A DNA stretch of 63,952 bases, filler included, from Octopus bimaculoides (lineage: Eukaryota): NCBI RefSeq assembly GCF_001194135.2. It is 4 parts of 4 records of this genome, joined end to end, with 100 filler letters (N's around TTAATTAATTAA, not from the genome) between each part and the next. Parts side by side here need not be neighbours in the genome. Positions count along the whole stretch, not along the records: positions 1 to 27,813 come from NC_069005.1; 3 more parts are not named here. One strand, 5' to 3'. How positions within the stretch are numbered: the stretch's first letter is position 1; each line of letters starts with the position of its first letter. A model generated the notes under the pieces. That model was not told the origin of the DNA and ran no database searches. It saw only the letters and a program-made list of their open reading frames with translations. Below are positions 1 through 13,600 of this stretch, one piece after another. The translations under genes were made by a program, and so were the position numbers.

Positions 1-392
1 AGGGGGTCAGTCGATTAGATCGACCCCAGTGCACAATTGGTACTTAATTTATTGACTCTGAAAGGATGAAAGGCAAAATCAACCTCGGTGGAATTTGAAC
101 TCAGAACATAGCGGCAGACAAAATACCGCTAAGCATTTCGCCCGGCGCGTTAATGTTTCTTATTTCTTTACTGCCCACAAGGGGCTACACACAGAGGGGA
201 CAAACAAGGACAGACAAACGGATTAAGTCGATTATATCGAACCCAGTGCGTAACTGGTACTTATTTAATCGGCCCCGAAAGGATGAAAGGCAAAGTCGAC
301 CGCGGCAGAATTTGAACTCAGAACATAGCGGCAGACAAAATACCGCTAAGCATTTCGCCCGGCTTGCTAACGTTTCTGCCACTCTCACTGCC
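1..392 (-). mobile_element. Two adjacent tRNA-derived SINE copies (family A)
   Basis: Head ggcagaaacgttagc...gagttcaaattc..., body ctttcatcctttc(a/g)g..gtcgat; many copies across the window. Confidence 0.85.
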
Positions 393-578
393 TTTAGCAG
401 CTGTAATGTCTTAATTCTATCCTGCACTGCCAAAATACAATGCTCTGCAAACACTTCATTGAACATGGGGATTACTTGACCGCACAGTAGAAGCTTTTGT
501 GATAACAAGTAAGGAACTTGGAGGGAGGATATTGGTCTCAATTAAACCAAATTCAATGCTCGACTGGTATTTATTCCA

Positions 579-942
579 TGCCGGTGGCACGTAAAAAGCA
601 CCATTTGAGCGCAATCATTTCCAGCTTCGCCTTACTGGCACTCGTGCCGGTGGCATGTGAGCAAAACATTGGACTAGCTCTTGTGCTGGTGGCACGTAAA
701 AATCACCATTTGAGCATGGCTGTTGCCAGTACCACCAGACTGGCCCTCGTGCCGGTGGCACGTAAAAAGCACCCATTACACTGTCAGAGTGGTTGGCATT
801 AGGAAGGGCATCCAGCTGTAGAAACTCTGCCAAATCAGATTGGAGTTTGGTGTAGCCATCTGGTTCGCCAGTCCCCAGTCAAACCGTCCAACCCATGCTA
901 GCATGGAAAAACGGACGTTAAATGATGATGATGATGATGATT
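579..942 (+). mobile_element. SINE family B (Ceph-domain-like core, (GAT)n tail) with expanded internal module
   Basis: ggttggcattaggaagggcatccagctgtagaa core; tail ggacgttaaatgatgatgat. Ceph assignment is from memory. Confidence 0.7.
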
Positions 943-1070
943 AGTGACTCTACATGGATAAAATTCAAAATTGACCCCAGCAAGATTTGAACTTGGAATG
1001 TTAAATACAAAAAGAAGAAGCACAAGACATTTTGCCCAAAACTATTAATTCTACCAATCTAATATCCTCA

Positions 1071-1660
1071 ATGATGATCCTGGTGCAGTACCAGGCAGTG
1101 GCTCTCATGACTTTTAATCTTAACTGATTGGAAGTGTTATCATGTACATTGTTTTGTCTTCGTGTAAAAAGATGGGCTACAGCAAATATTCTGCTCAATA
1201 CCACAGATTTGCTTGTCAGTTGCTTGACCGTAACCAGTTGAGCATGTCCCTTAGTGGCTGACGATATGTGTGTCACTGATCATGGGAAGAAGTAGTGGGG
1301 GAGCCATGTGTCGAGAGGAATTCTTTGGGGTTTGAATAATTCCTCTCTGGAAACATGGGTGTTTTGTTCATCATCCTTAAACAAACCATATTCAGGGACC
1401 TTTTGAGCAAGAGGGGTTACTCGACCTGAAGAAAATTCTAACTGGGCCCCTGCCTGCAAGGTCATGTGCTGTTTATCTTGATATGAGATCACCGTGTCAT
1501 GCACACATGGTTGTGATGCATGTGCCTGGTGTACCCTTATCAGACGGGTAGTCATGATGGGTATACTGGGCTTCGTATATTTTACCCCAGTGTCACTTTG
1601 ATGGCATGCACTGCTCACTCACTCAATAATAATAATAATAATGATAATAATGATAATAAT
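1071..1660 (+). repeat. Retroposon-like segment ending in an (AAT)n tail
   Basis: Moderately GC-rich 550-bp block ending in ctcactcaataataataat; family not identified. Confidence 0.45.
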
Positions 1661-1947
1661 CTTTTCTAGAGAAGGCACAAGGCCTGAAATTATGTCAAGG
1701 GGGGACTAGTTGATTACATCAACCCTAGTGTTTTACTGGTACTTAATATATTGATCCTGAAAGGATGAGTGGGAAATTTGAACTCGGCAGAATTTGAACT
1801 CAGAATGTAGCAACAAGCAAAATACTGCTGAGCATTTCAATCCATGTGCTAACAATTCTGTCAGCTCCCCACCTTAATAATAATAATAATTATATAGTAA
1901 TAATAATAATAATGATAATAATAATAATACTAATAATAGAGACTCAC

Positions 1948-2085
1948 CAACTTGGCAGTTGGTATCTTCAAATCCAGCAGCACATCCTCCACTGGAACAG
2001 CTACCAGACTGTGGGTTACATTTGCTGTTGTCAGCACAGTGACATGTGCTTCTGCAGTTTGGCCCAAATTTCCCTCTGCTACATC
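1948..2085 (-). CDS. Exon 18 (last found): EGF module ([16 protein letters not shown]...GFEDTNCQV)
   Basis: ttttgtag acceptor, GTGAGT donor, 138 nt; gene continues beyond the window start. Confidence 0.92.
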
Positions 2086-3287
2086 CTACAAAACAAACAA
2101 TGACATAATAATAATAATGATAATGATGATGAGGATGATGGTGATGATGATGATGATGATATTACTTTGGTATGGAGTGGGAATTATAAAATGGTAAAAG
2201 AGAGAAATGAAGAAAATGGATTCCAAGGCCAGAAGAATGTTGGCAGTACAGGGAGCCTTCCACCCGCTAAGAGTGACACCAATAGGCTGTACTTGTCCAG
2301 AAGAAAAGGGTGGATTAATTCAACACAATGTGAATAAATAAGCATTACATTTGACAGAGTAACCTAAAAGCTAAAGTGTTTAACTGGCCGTATCTGGCAT
2401 CTCACACCTACCTAACAATGTCATTCTAAAAACAAATGATCACATCATTTAAATCTGAAAGTTACATGATAATACATGATTAATTCAACACAATGTGAAT
2501 GAATAAGCATTACATTTGACAGAGTAATCGGAATGTGAAAGGGTCGATGTACTTATATACACTTTATATACTTTATGCCCAATTTTATAGACTTAATACA
2601 CAGCACTGTCCCTCTTTCTCTCTTGCTCTTCGCCTTACCCGCTTTTTCTCTTTTATTTTCCGTTCTCTTTTTCTCTCTTGCTCTTCACCTTTCCCTTCAA
2701 CTAATTACATGATAGTGTTACAGACGGACTAAGTAACGGAGGAAACAAACTGAGTTAAAAAAAAAGTATTACATATTTCACTCACCACCAACTTCCCCTC
2801 CCTCTCTGCATCCTCCTCCCCTCTCTCATATCCTCTTCCCTTTCCCTCTGCCCCTTCTCCCTCTCCCTACTCTTTCAGCTGATCACATGAAAATGTTTCA
2901 GACAAGCTAAGTAATGGAAGAACAAGCAGAATTATTATAAGGTGATAAATAGTGATGCACATTCACCTACCTGTTTGACAGTTGCTACCCTCATATCCAG
3001 CAGCACATCCTTCACTGGAACAGCTACCAGACTGTGGGTTACACTTGCTGTTGTCAGCACAGTGACATGTGTTTCTGCAGTTTGGCCCAAATTTCCCTCT
3101 GCTACATACTACAAAACAAACATAACCGATAACGAACATAGGTGCTAAAATGGCTGTTTGGCAAGAAGTTTACTTCCCAACCACATAGTTTCAGGCTCAG
3201 TCCCACAGCATGGCACTTTTGGACAAGTGCATGTCTGTGTGTGTATGCATGTGTGTGTGTATGTATGTTTGTGCGTATGTCTGTGTG

Positions 3288-3326
<39 letters not shown>

Positions 3327-6300
3327 TCTTTTACTTGTTTCAGTCATTTGACTGTGGCCATGCTGGAGCACCGCCTTTAGTCAAGCAAATTGACCCCCAG
3401 GACTTATTCGTTGTAAGCCTAGTACTTATTCTATCAGTCTCTTTTTGCCGAACCGCTAAGTTACAGGGACATAAACATACCAGCATCGGTTGTCAAGCGA
3501 TGATGGGGGGACAAACACAGACACACAAACATATACACACACACAGATATATATATATATATATACATATATACGACGGGCTTCTTTCAGTTTCCGTCTA
3601 CCAAATCCACTCACAAGGCTTTGGTCGGCCCGAGGTTATAGTAGAAGACACTTGCCCAAGGTGCCACACAGTGAGACTGAACCCGGAACCATGGGGTTGG
3701 TAAGCAAGCTACTTGAGCTCAGTGTTTTTATCTATTTGTACATATATGTATATATTTGTCCAAAATCATGGAGTAGGAGTAGGAGAAAGAGTAGTATAAG
3801 TGAAGGGAGAGCAGAGAAAATAGCAATTCAGTGAAGGAGAAGTAGTGAGGGTAACAGCCCTGACTGAGAGAAAGTAATAGCAATGAGAGAAAGCAAGTTC
3901 AAACACCTGTCTTTGTCTTTTGTTTTTCTATAAATTTCAACTATGTGTATATGTATACATACATACTGTATATTTCTACAGTTGACCTACCTGTCTGACA
4001 GGTCCTTCCTTCATATCCAGCTGTACAGCCACCACTGGAACAAACACCTGTCTGGCGATTACACCTACTCTTGTCAGCACAGTGACATGTCTGCTGACAA
4101 TTACGTCCAAATTTTCCAATACTGCACCCTGAAACATATATACATGTCAACCCATTAATTCTGTGTAAGAACACATAACGCATCTTACCTGTTAAATAAC
4201 ACTTTCTTTATTGGTCACCTGGGCCAAACACAAAACATAAAGGACGATACACAGATGAGGGACAGTGGGATTAAACATGTAAACAGCAAAAAAAACAAAA
4301 AAAAACACAACATTTAACAAGGAGATTAAACCAACAATGTACTTCCCCAATACGGGAGAGCTTCACCAAGAGGTGACCAAAGGAACCTCACACACTTTGG
4401 ACTCCCTAACATCAAAGGCGACTCAGGTAGGCACCCCTCTCCTCCTCATCTGGCCTACAGGTGCACACTTTGAGCAGGCCTATTCACACGGGCCATTCTT
4501 GCCATATTCACCCACCTTTCAAGAAACTTACTGGGTGACAGCACCACCCACTCCAGCCTCACTTTCCTTTTAAGGCGGTACCTGAAAAAGTCATTGAGGC
4601 CTTGGCTGAAGAGGAACGTACCTGCCTTCAACCCTTTCAAGCGCATCCACCACACAACCTCTTTCACCAGAGCCACCAAATAGAGAGAAAAACTGCCTGT
4701 CCTTCCTGGCCAAAGGAAGGAGGCAGAGAGATCTTCACAATAGACTTGCACCTAATAATTAACACTTACCTGTTTGACAGTTGCTACCTTTATATCCAGC
4801 AGCACATCCTCCACTGGAGCAGATACCAGACTGTGGGTTACATTTGCTGTTGTCAGCACAGTGACATGTGCTTTTGCAGTTTGGCCCAAATTTTCCTCTG
4901 CTACATCCTACAAAAACAGGCAAAAACACAATCAATACTTTGCCAAATGTAATGCTTATTTATTCACATTGGTTTGAATTAATCTTGCCTTATCTCGTAA
5001 CTTTGAGATTTTGATGAGGCAACTGTTAATTTGTAGAAGGATATTGTAGTGTGGGTCTGAGAGGCCAAATTTGGCCAGTTAAACTCTTTAGTATATAGAA
5101 TACTTTACCAAATGTAATGCTTATTTATTCACATTGTTTTGAATTAATCTTGCATTATCTTGTAACTTTGAGATTTTGATGATGTGATCGTTTATTTTTA
5201 GAATGACATTGTAGGGTAGGTGTCCTCTAATTGTGACAATCCCATAGATTTGTATATCAGGAAGTACATTTTTTAATGTAACCTTCTTTATTTAGAATGT
5301 GGCCCCTCTCGAAGACCTTGGCAATGAGGATTGACAACTTGGATAGCAGAGCCTTGAGAACCATTGAGAATATCAGATGGTACCACCACGTTTCCAACAA
5401 AGAACTTTGTACGTGCACGCATTAGCCCACAGCTTCCCAACTCATAGCAATCTGTCACATGCGCTTGGTTCAGACATGTCCTCCGTTTCCTGCTAGATCA
5501 TCCTACCAGGGCTTTGCTCTCATTCGATGCAGCAGCTGTGAGCTGGAAGAGGCCTGGTGGCAGGCCATGTACCAGATGGCTGGATGTGATTGGGGAAGAT
5601 CTCCAGAGGCTCAACGCCACCTTGGAGTATGCAAAGCAGCTGGAATGGGACCAAAGTAAACTTCTTGAGTCATGCTGAATCATAAGGGCTGTTTTCCTGG
5701 TTTTCATGGCTTACAAATTCTCCACATGGACAGGACGGTGATCTGTCACAGGATTACTCATTTTTGCCAGCTGAGTGGACTGGGCAATGTGAAATGAAGT
5801 GTTTTGCTCAAGAACACAATACATTACCCAGTCCAGGAATTGAAACCACAATCTCACGATCACGAGTCCAACACCCTAACCACTGAGTCACATGCCTCCA
5901 CTGGCATGGAACCACCAGTGATGGAGAGTATTGGCAAACCTGGTTGGCTCTACGGATGATAACATCTCATGGACCACTAAGCTGGGATGACACCAGCCAC
6001 ATTAAGCAAATGCATAAAGCAAGCTAACAAGGGTATGATTTAAGGTAGATTTTTACTGCTATTTTTACCTGCAGTGCCTAAGTCTTGGATGTAATGAGTT
6101 GTTCACTTACCTGTTTGGCAGTTGCTACCTTCATAACCAGCAGCACATCCTCCACTGGAACAAACACCAGTCTGACGGTTACACTTGCTGTTGTCGGCAC
6201 AATGACATGTACTTTTACAGTTTGGTCCAAACTTACCACGGCGACAGGCTAAATATAAAATTAAAGATAAATAGTTTAGTTAATCCTACAAAAAGTCAAC

Positions 6301-9300
6301 TAAATTTTTAAGATCATTGTGGCTGTATTCTGTAAGATCTGTCAAATGTTTTTGTATTACAGTAATCCTTTCCCATATCACGGTTCACCCATCACAGTTT
6401 ATTATTTACGTCGATTCCTCTGTGGTGTTGTTTTGCATTTATAATAAAATATATTTATACAAATTATAAAAATAATTTTAAAAAATATAGGAGTGGCTGT
6501 GTAGTAAGTAGCTTGCTTACCAACCACATGGTTCCGGGTTCAGTCCCACACACGCACTCTCTCTCACTGGACAATGATGGCAACTGTTTGAAAAGCAACT
6601 TTCTTCCAAACAATGCCCCACCTTAAATAGCCACCTGGTTTTGTCATTTTTAAAGGCCAAGAATAAACTTGTCATTGAAAGAACTGACCAGCTGTAAACA
6701 CAATTTTCTTCTTTCTTCTTTCACCTTTCCTTCTCTTTCCCATTGACACTCCTTTCAGATACACAGGCACACACATATACACATGCACACACACACACAC
6801 ACAAAAAAAAAAAAACACACACTCTCTCTCATTCCCCCCCCCCATTCCTCATCCTCTTTTACTATCCTATATATCTCTCTCCACTCCTACACATTCAATA
6901 ATGTTATAAAAAGAGACAAATCCTCTGATGAAAAATTAAATCTGGAGAATCTATAAGAATAGATGCAAGCGCTAATTTATAAAAACATGTGACATATTAA
7001 TAAAAAAACATGTGACATATTCATAAAAGCCATGTAACATATTAATAAAAACATGTGACATATTAATAAAAACATGTGACATATTAATAAAAATCTGTAA
7101 ATGTACAACCATCCAGATATCTGAGTACCTTATCATTTTTTCTAATATATAATTCCTGTACATCACCTCCAAACCTTCTAATATATTTTGCCTGATCTGT
7201 CAGTCGATTTGGTTTCTGCTCCACACAGTTTGTTCTTTAGCTACAGTAGTTATAAACAGTGTTCACTTGCCTGTTTGGCAGTTGCTGCCGTCATAACCTG
7301 CAGTACATCCTCCACTTGAACACACACCAGAGTTGACGTTACACTTGCTGTTGTCTGCACAGTGACATGTGTATCTACAGTTAGGTCCAAATCTACCTCT
7401 GCTGCACACTGCAATTTTAAAAAAAACATTTGTTTTAATTGCATTTATTTCAACGTTATTGTTATCTCTGCCATCACCACTCGCCATGATAGATCGCTAG
7501 CCACTAAACCTTTCTCTATTTTCTCTCCCTGTTTATTTCTGTGTTCCTTTCTGTTGAAGAACGTAGGCTCGAAATGTAAAAGACTTTCTCATTTCCTGAG
7601 CATTAAACTAATACATCTGTTTGTTGCTTACACACCGGTGTTCATCTCTTGGTTTTTTTTGTAAATTCTCACTATATATATGGTGGTTGGTGTTAGGAAA
7701 GGCATTCAGTTGTAAAAACCCTACCAAAACAGTGCAGTCCTCTGCTTATCCAGCCCTGTCAAACTGTACAACCCATGCCAGTATGGAAAACAGATGTTAA
7801 ATGATGCTGCTGCTGCTGCTGCTGCTTCTGATGATATNNNNNNNNNNNNNNNNNNNNNNNNNNNNNNNNNNNNNNNNNNNNNNNNNNNNNNNNNNNNNNN
7901 NNNNNNNNNNNNNNNNNNNNNNNNNNNNNNNNNNNNNNNNNNNNNNNNNNNNNNNNNNNNNNNNNNNNNNNNNNNNNNNNNNNNNNNNNNNNNNNNNNNN
8001 NNNNNNNNNNNNNNNNNNNNNNNNNNNNNNNNNNNNNNNNNNNNNNNNNNNNNNNNNNNNNNNNNNNNNNNNNNNNNNNNNNNNNNNNNNNNNNNNNNNN
8101 NNNNNNNNNNNNNNNNNNNNNNNNNNNNNNNNNNNNNNNNNNNNNNNNNNNNNNNNNNNNNNNNNNNNNNNNNNNNNNNNNNNNNNNNNNNNNNNNNNNN
8201 NNNNNNNNNNNNNNNNNNNNNNNNNNNNNNNNNNNNNNNNNNNNNNNNNNNNNNNNNNNNNNNNNNNNNNNNNNNNNNNNNNNNNNNNNNNNNNNNNNNN
8301 NNNNNNNNNNNNNNNNNNNNNNNNNNNNNNNNNNNNNNNNNNNNNNNNNNNNNNNNNNNNNNNNNNNNNNNNNNNNNNNNNNNNNNNNNNNNNNNNNNNN
8401 NNNNNNNNNNNNNNNNNNNNNNNNNNNNNNNNNNNNNNNNNNNNNNNNNNNNNNNNNNNNNNNNNNNNNNNNNNNNNNNNNNNNNNNNNNNNNNNNNNNN
8501 NNNNNNNNNNNNNNNNNNNNNNNNNNNNNNNNNNNNNNNNNNNNNNNNNNNNNNNNNNNNNNNNNNNNNNNNNNNNNNNNNNNNNNNNNNNNNNNNNNNN
8601 NNNNNNNNNNNNNNNNNNNNNNNNNNNNNNNNNNNNNNNNNNNNNNNNNNNNNNNNNNNNNNNNNNNNNNNNNNNNNNNNNNNNNNNNNNNNNNNNNNNN
8701 NNNCTCATTCTTAAGGTATGTTGTTATTATTATTCAGGTCACTGCCTGGAATAGAATTCAAAATCTTGGGGTTAAGAGCACAGGCTACTAACCCCAAGAT
8801 TCTGAGTTCGATTCCAGGCAGTGACCTGAATAATAATAATAATAATAATATCGAAAAATACCTTAGGAATGAGAACCCAGGTTCGAAATTTCCCCAAGAC
8901 ACTTGATGAAGGCTGGAGGGTATATCAGTTGAAACATTGTGTTAACAACAAACAAGATGAGGACAAATATCTGTCAAATGTAAATAATGTACATAATTCC
9001 TCATCTCTTAAATATAGAACTGGAATATTACTAACCTGTTTGACAGTTGCTACCCTGATATCCTGCAGCACATCCACCACTTGAACATACACCTGACACT
9101 GAGTTGCACTTTTTGTTATCTGCACAGTGACATGTTCCAGTGCAACTGGAGCCAAACCTTCCCACAGAACAAACTGTAAATATAATTTGTATATAAGTAT
9201 GTATGCATGTGTATATGTGAGCATATTAGATACATAATGAGAATTAAGAGAGGAAAGAGTATATATGCAAATATATAGGGTGTCCACAAAGTCTGGGTAC

Positions 9301-10594
9301 ATGGGGATTAACACATACTTTAAAAAATTATTATTTCTAAGATTTAATTGTTTGTTATGATTTTATTTACTCCATGTACCCACATGGAGATTAACACATA
9401 CTTTAAGAAATTATTATTTCTTATATTTAATTGTTTATGTTATGATATTATTTACTCCATGTACCCAGACTTTGTAGACACCCTGTATATGGTGGTTGTC
9501 TACTCCTTATACAGAGTTTGACCACCTCCTGTACCTCCACCATAGAACCTCAATGTCTTTATCCTTGTCTTTCTCAACCTTCTACTTCCTCTGCTTTCTT
9601 CCTTTCACATTAATTTCCATCACTCCTCTCATCCAGTCACATTCATCCTTTCTCAGCACATGACTCAACTATCTCATCCCGTTTCTTTTCACACCATACT
9701 CTGTTTCTCTTTCTTCACATCTAATGCTTTATCTCAACAGGTGAAAAAGAGGCAAAAATGTGTGCACATGTATTACAGAACAAGTGTTTGTAAGTCATTT
9801 CTCTGTGGGCCCTATCACAGTTTTTGTTCCACTTTGTGGACCCTATAACATTAATTTCACATTTCCTTTCACATTAATTTTTATCACTCCTCTCACCCAG
9901 TCACATTCATCTTTCTCTGCACATGACTCAACTATCTCATCCCATTTCTTTTCACATCATTCTCTGCAATTTTTTGTTTCTCCTCTTCTCTTTCAACAGT
10001 GAATGAATGAATGAATGAATGTGCATGTCTATGCATGTATGCATGCTTATATGTATGTGTGTATGCTTGTGAGAAGGTGTGAGTAAATGTTATATGCAAT
10101 TTCCATTCCATACCTTGATGGCAATTTGAACCAACATAGCCTGGTGCACAGCCACCACTTGAACAAACACCGGTGATATGATTACATTTAGTGACAATGG
10201 CACAGTGACATGTTTCTTTACAGTTGAGACCATAGCTGCCTTGCCGGCACACTGAAATATTAAGCAACAATACCATTATTAAAATGTAATCATCATTATC
10301 ATCATCATTGCCATCAACAGTGGCAGCAGCAGCAGTAGCAGCATCACCATCACCACCACTACCATCATCATCATTATCATCACCACCATCATCATCATCT
10401 CCAGCAGTAACAGCAACAGTATCATCATCATCATCATCGTCATCGTCATCACAATCAAAACCAAATTTATGGCACCCTAGTCATAACACCAACTTGAACT
10501 TCTAACTTGTTGTCTCTTGAGGTCTCTGGGTGGGACTTGGAATCAACTTGTACAATCACAAAAGCAAAAGCCAAACATATAATAATACTAATAC

Positions 10595-10630
<36 letters not shown>

Positions 10631-13600
10631 TCCTTTCTACTATAGGCACAAAGCCTGAAATTTGGGGAGAGGGAGATAGTCGATTATATTGAACCCAGTG
10701 CATAACTGGTACTTATTTTAATGACCTGAAAGGATGAAAGGTAAAGTCAACCGCGGCAGAATTTGAACTCAGAATGTAGCAACAGATGAAATATCGCTAA
10801 GCATTTCACCCAACGTGTTAACGATTCTGCCAGCTTGCCACTTTGATAACGATGATGATGATGATGATGATAAGATCAACAACAACTCACCTGACTGACA
10901 GTTATGGCCTCGGTAGCCATGGGAACATTTCCCAGTTATGCAGATACCATTCTCAGAGTAACACTTTCCATTGTTCAGACAATGACACTTCTTGGCGCAG
11001 TTGATACCAAATGTACCGTGTGGGCATCCTGAAATGGTACAAGAATCATTTCTGGTATATGCAACGAGGCAGTATTAAATTAAAATAGCCACCTATTTAT
11101 TATGCTTGACCCTTTTGTATTTAAACCAGTTTTTTCCAACCAAAACATTCTGTTTTATACTCAAACTGACTAGATCTGGCCTCTCATACTTACCTTACAA
11201 TGGCATTCGAATTCGGGTTTATGTCCGTACCACTTTTTGCTCTGTCAAGTCCATACTTGTTGCAAAGTGTCCAATGGACAATCCTTGCTATATTGTCATG
11301 ACGTCTCATATTCTTTCTGTGCAAGTGGCATATATTGACTGTTATTATGCCATACGGTTTCACCATTTTCTCCACAAATTCTGCACTTATCACTTTCTGA
11401 TGTGTTGTCTATTCTGTATTTGATGTAATTGGTCCTTAATGCTTGCTCTTGGGCAGCACAGATTAAAGCCTCCATTTCTGGTTTTTACTACGACTACTAC
11501 TACTACTACTACTACTACTACATTTATCCTGTATTACATCAGCACAGCTCAGTATGATCCCATAAAACTGGTGTGGTAAGTTGGAATCACGTGTGTGTGT
11601 GTGTGTGTGTGCGTGATTTTTAAAAAGTGTTTTAAACATTGAATTCTCTTAACCTGATGATCAAGCTTAATATCTGCATTAATTTTAAAATTGTATAAAT
11701 TCTGACATCATCATCATTATCATCATCATCGTTTAACGTCCGCTTTCCATGCTAGCATGGGTTGGACGATTTGACCGAGGACTGGTGAAACCGGATGGCA
11801 ATACCAGGCTCCAATCTAAATTTGGCAGAGTTTCTACAGCTGGATGCCCTTCCTAACGCCAACCACTCAGAGAGTGTAGTAGGTGCTTTTACGTGTCACC
11901 CGCACGAAGGCCAGTCAGGCGATACTGGCAACGGCCATGCTCGAAATGGTGTCTTTTATGTGCCACCCGCACAAGCCAGTCCAGGGGCACTGGCAACGAA
12001 GTGATTTATTATTCATTATAAAGTATAATATAATAAAAGGTTACTTCATACAAAAAAAAATATTTCCACCAGGTGGCGACAGGTAAGAATTAACAATAAG
12101 GATTTCTCACAAAACAGGACATAATACCAGGTGACTCAACCAAACTGATTGGTACTATATATCGGCTGAGTCATGTGGCAGTAAATCCTGTTGAAATCAG
12201 ATTGGTTGATACACCTGGAACTATGTCATTCATCTGATGAAAATGGTTTTTTTTTGCATGATTCAACACTTTTGCTCATCAATAAAAAAACAGGTCTGAA
12301 ACAGTTGTAATGAACTGCAACCATTTATCATCATCATTTAACGTCCATTGACCATGCTGGCATGGGTTGGACTGTTTGACCAGGGCTGGCAAGCTGCACC
12401 AGGTTCCAGTCTGATTTGGCATGGTTTCTATGGCCGGATGCCCTTGCTAATGCCAACCATTCCAAGTGTGTAATGGGTGCTTTTACGTGCTATTGGCACA
12501 GGTGCCATCTGTGTAATACCAGTATCTGCCACGACTGCAATTTTACTTGGCTTGATGGGCTTTCTTCTCAAGCACGACATAATGCCGAAAGTTTAAGTCA
12601 TTCATCACAACCTCTGTGAGGCCCAACACTCAAAAGAACCTTGCCTTATATCTGGACCTGGAGTTTATAGTCAAAGTGGAATACGTGCAGTGAGTTGACA
12701 CTGCCAGATTGAATGGTACTGTCCAGGTGTGGAAGACATTATTCAGTTAGAAGCCAATATAAGGAACACCTACCTGTCCAGGTGTCACACAATGAAATTG
12801 AACCTGAAGCCATGTCATTGTGACATAAATCTGTTAAACACATGACTATCTATAATACTTTAGCGAGAGTAAGAAGAGGAGATATAATGTTGCAACATGT
12901 TCTCCTATAGATAATAGTTCACCCACCAGTCTGGCAATTGCTTCCTTTGTAACCAGCTGCACATCCTCCACTCGAACATACTCCAGACGCTCTGTTGCAT
13001 TTACTATTGTCGGCACAGTGACACGCATTCTTGCAGTTTGGTCCAAATTTTCCATGAACACAGACTGGAATGTGAAAAAAAGAAGTTAAAAGAAGCAAAA
13101 ATGAAGAGCAACAGAACAAAAGAAGAAGAAAAAAACACAAACAAACTGGAAAACAATGGACAATAAGCATCAGATAAATATTAAAGAGGTGATATTTCAG
13201 TTGACAGAACAAATAGACTCACATCGTTCTTCTCCCTATTTGTGTGAGTATCTATGTATGCAACAATGTATGTATATAGGTCATTTTTCAGTTTTATTTC
13301 AAGATATCTTGCCAATAGAGAAAGAGCTCATTTCTAACCTAGATCCAAGGCTCGTTGAAATTTCAACATCAACAGGGTATTTTTGTATGTATGCATATGT
13401 TCAGATTTGTATGTTTTGCTTTATGCAATGACTAAGGAAAATAATTTAATATTATTATTATCATTTACAGAATTGTAAAACTCGACAATGCTTAACAAAA
13501 TCATTCGTAGTGAAAGTGCAAGAAAATTTGTTTACAAAAACAATTACAGACTAATATAGTTCTTAAATTTGACACGAAAAAGCAGGTTAGGTTGCTGGTG

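Noticed and set aside
185-541. 118-aa minus-strand ORF as a possible next exon
   Set aside because: Both ends derive from family A SINE sequence, there is no recognisable domain, and the phase-compatible splice sites are weak
579-780. CRISPR-like repeat/spacer appearance of gtgccggtggcacgtaaaa
   Set aside because: Internal SINE modules with recurring spacers, in a eukaryote, with no cas genes
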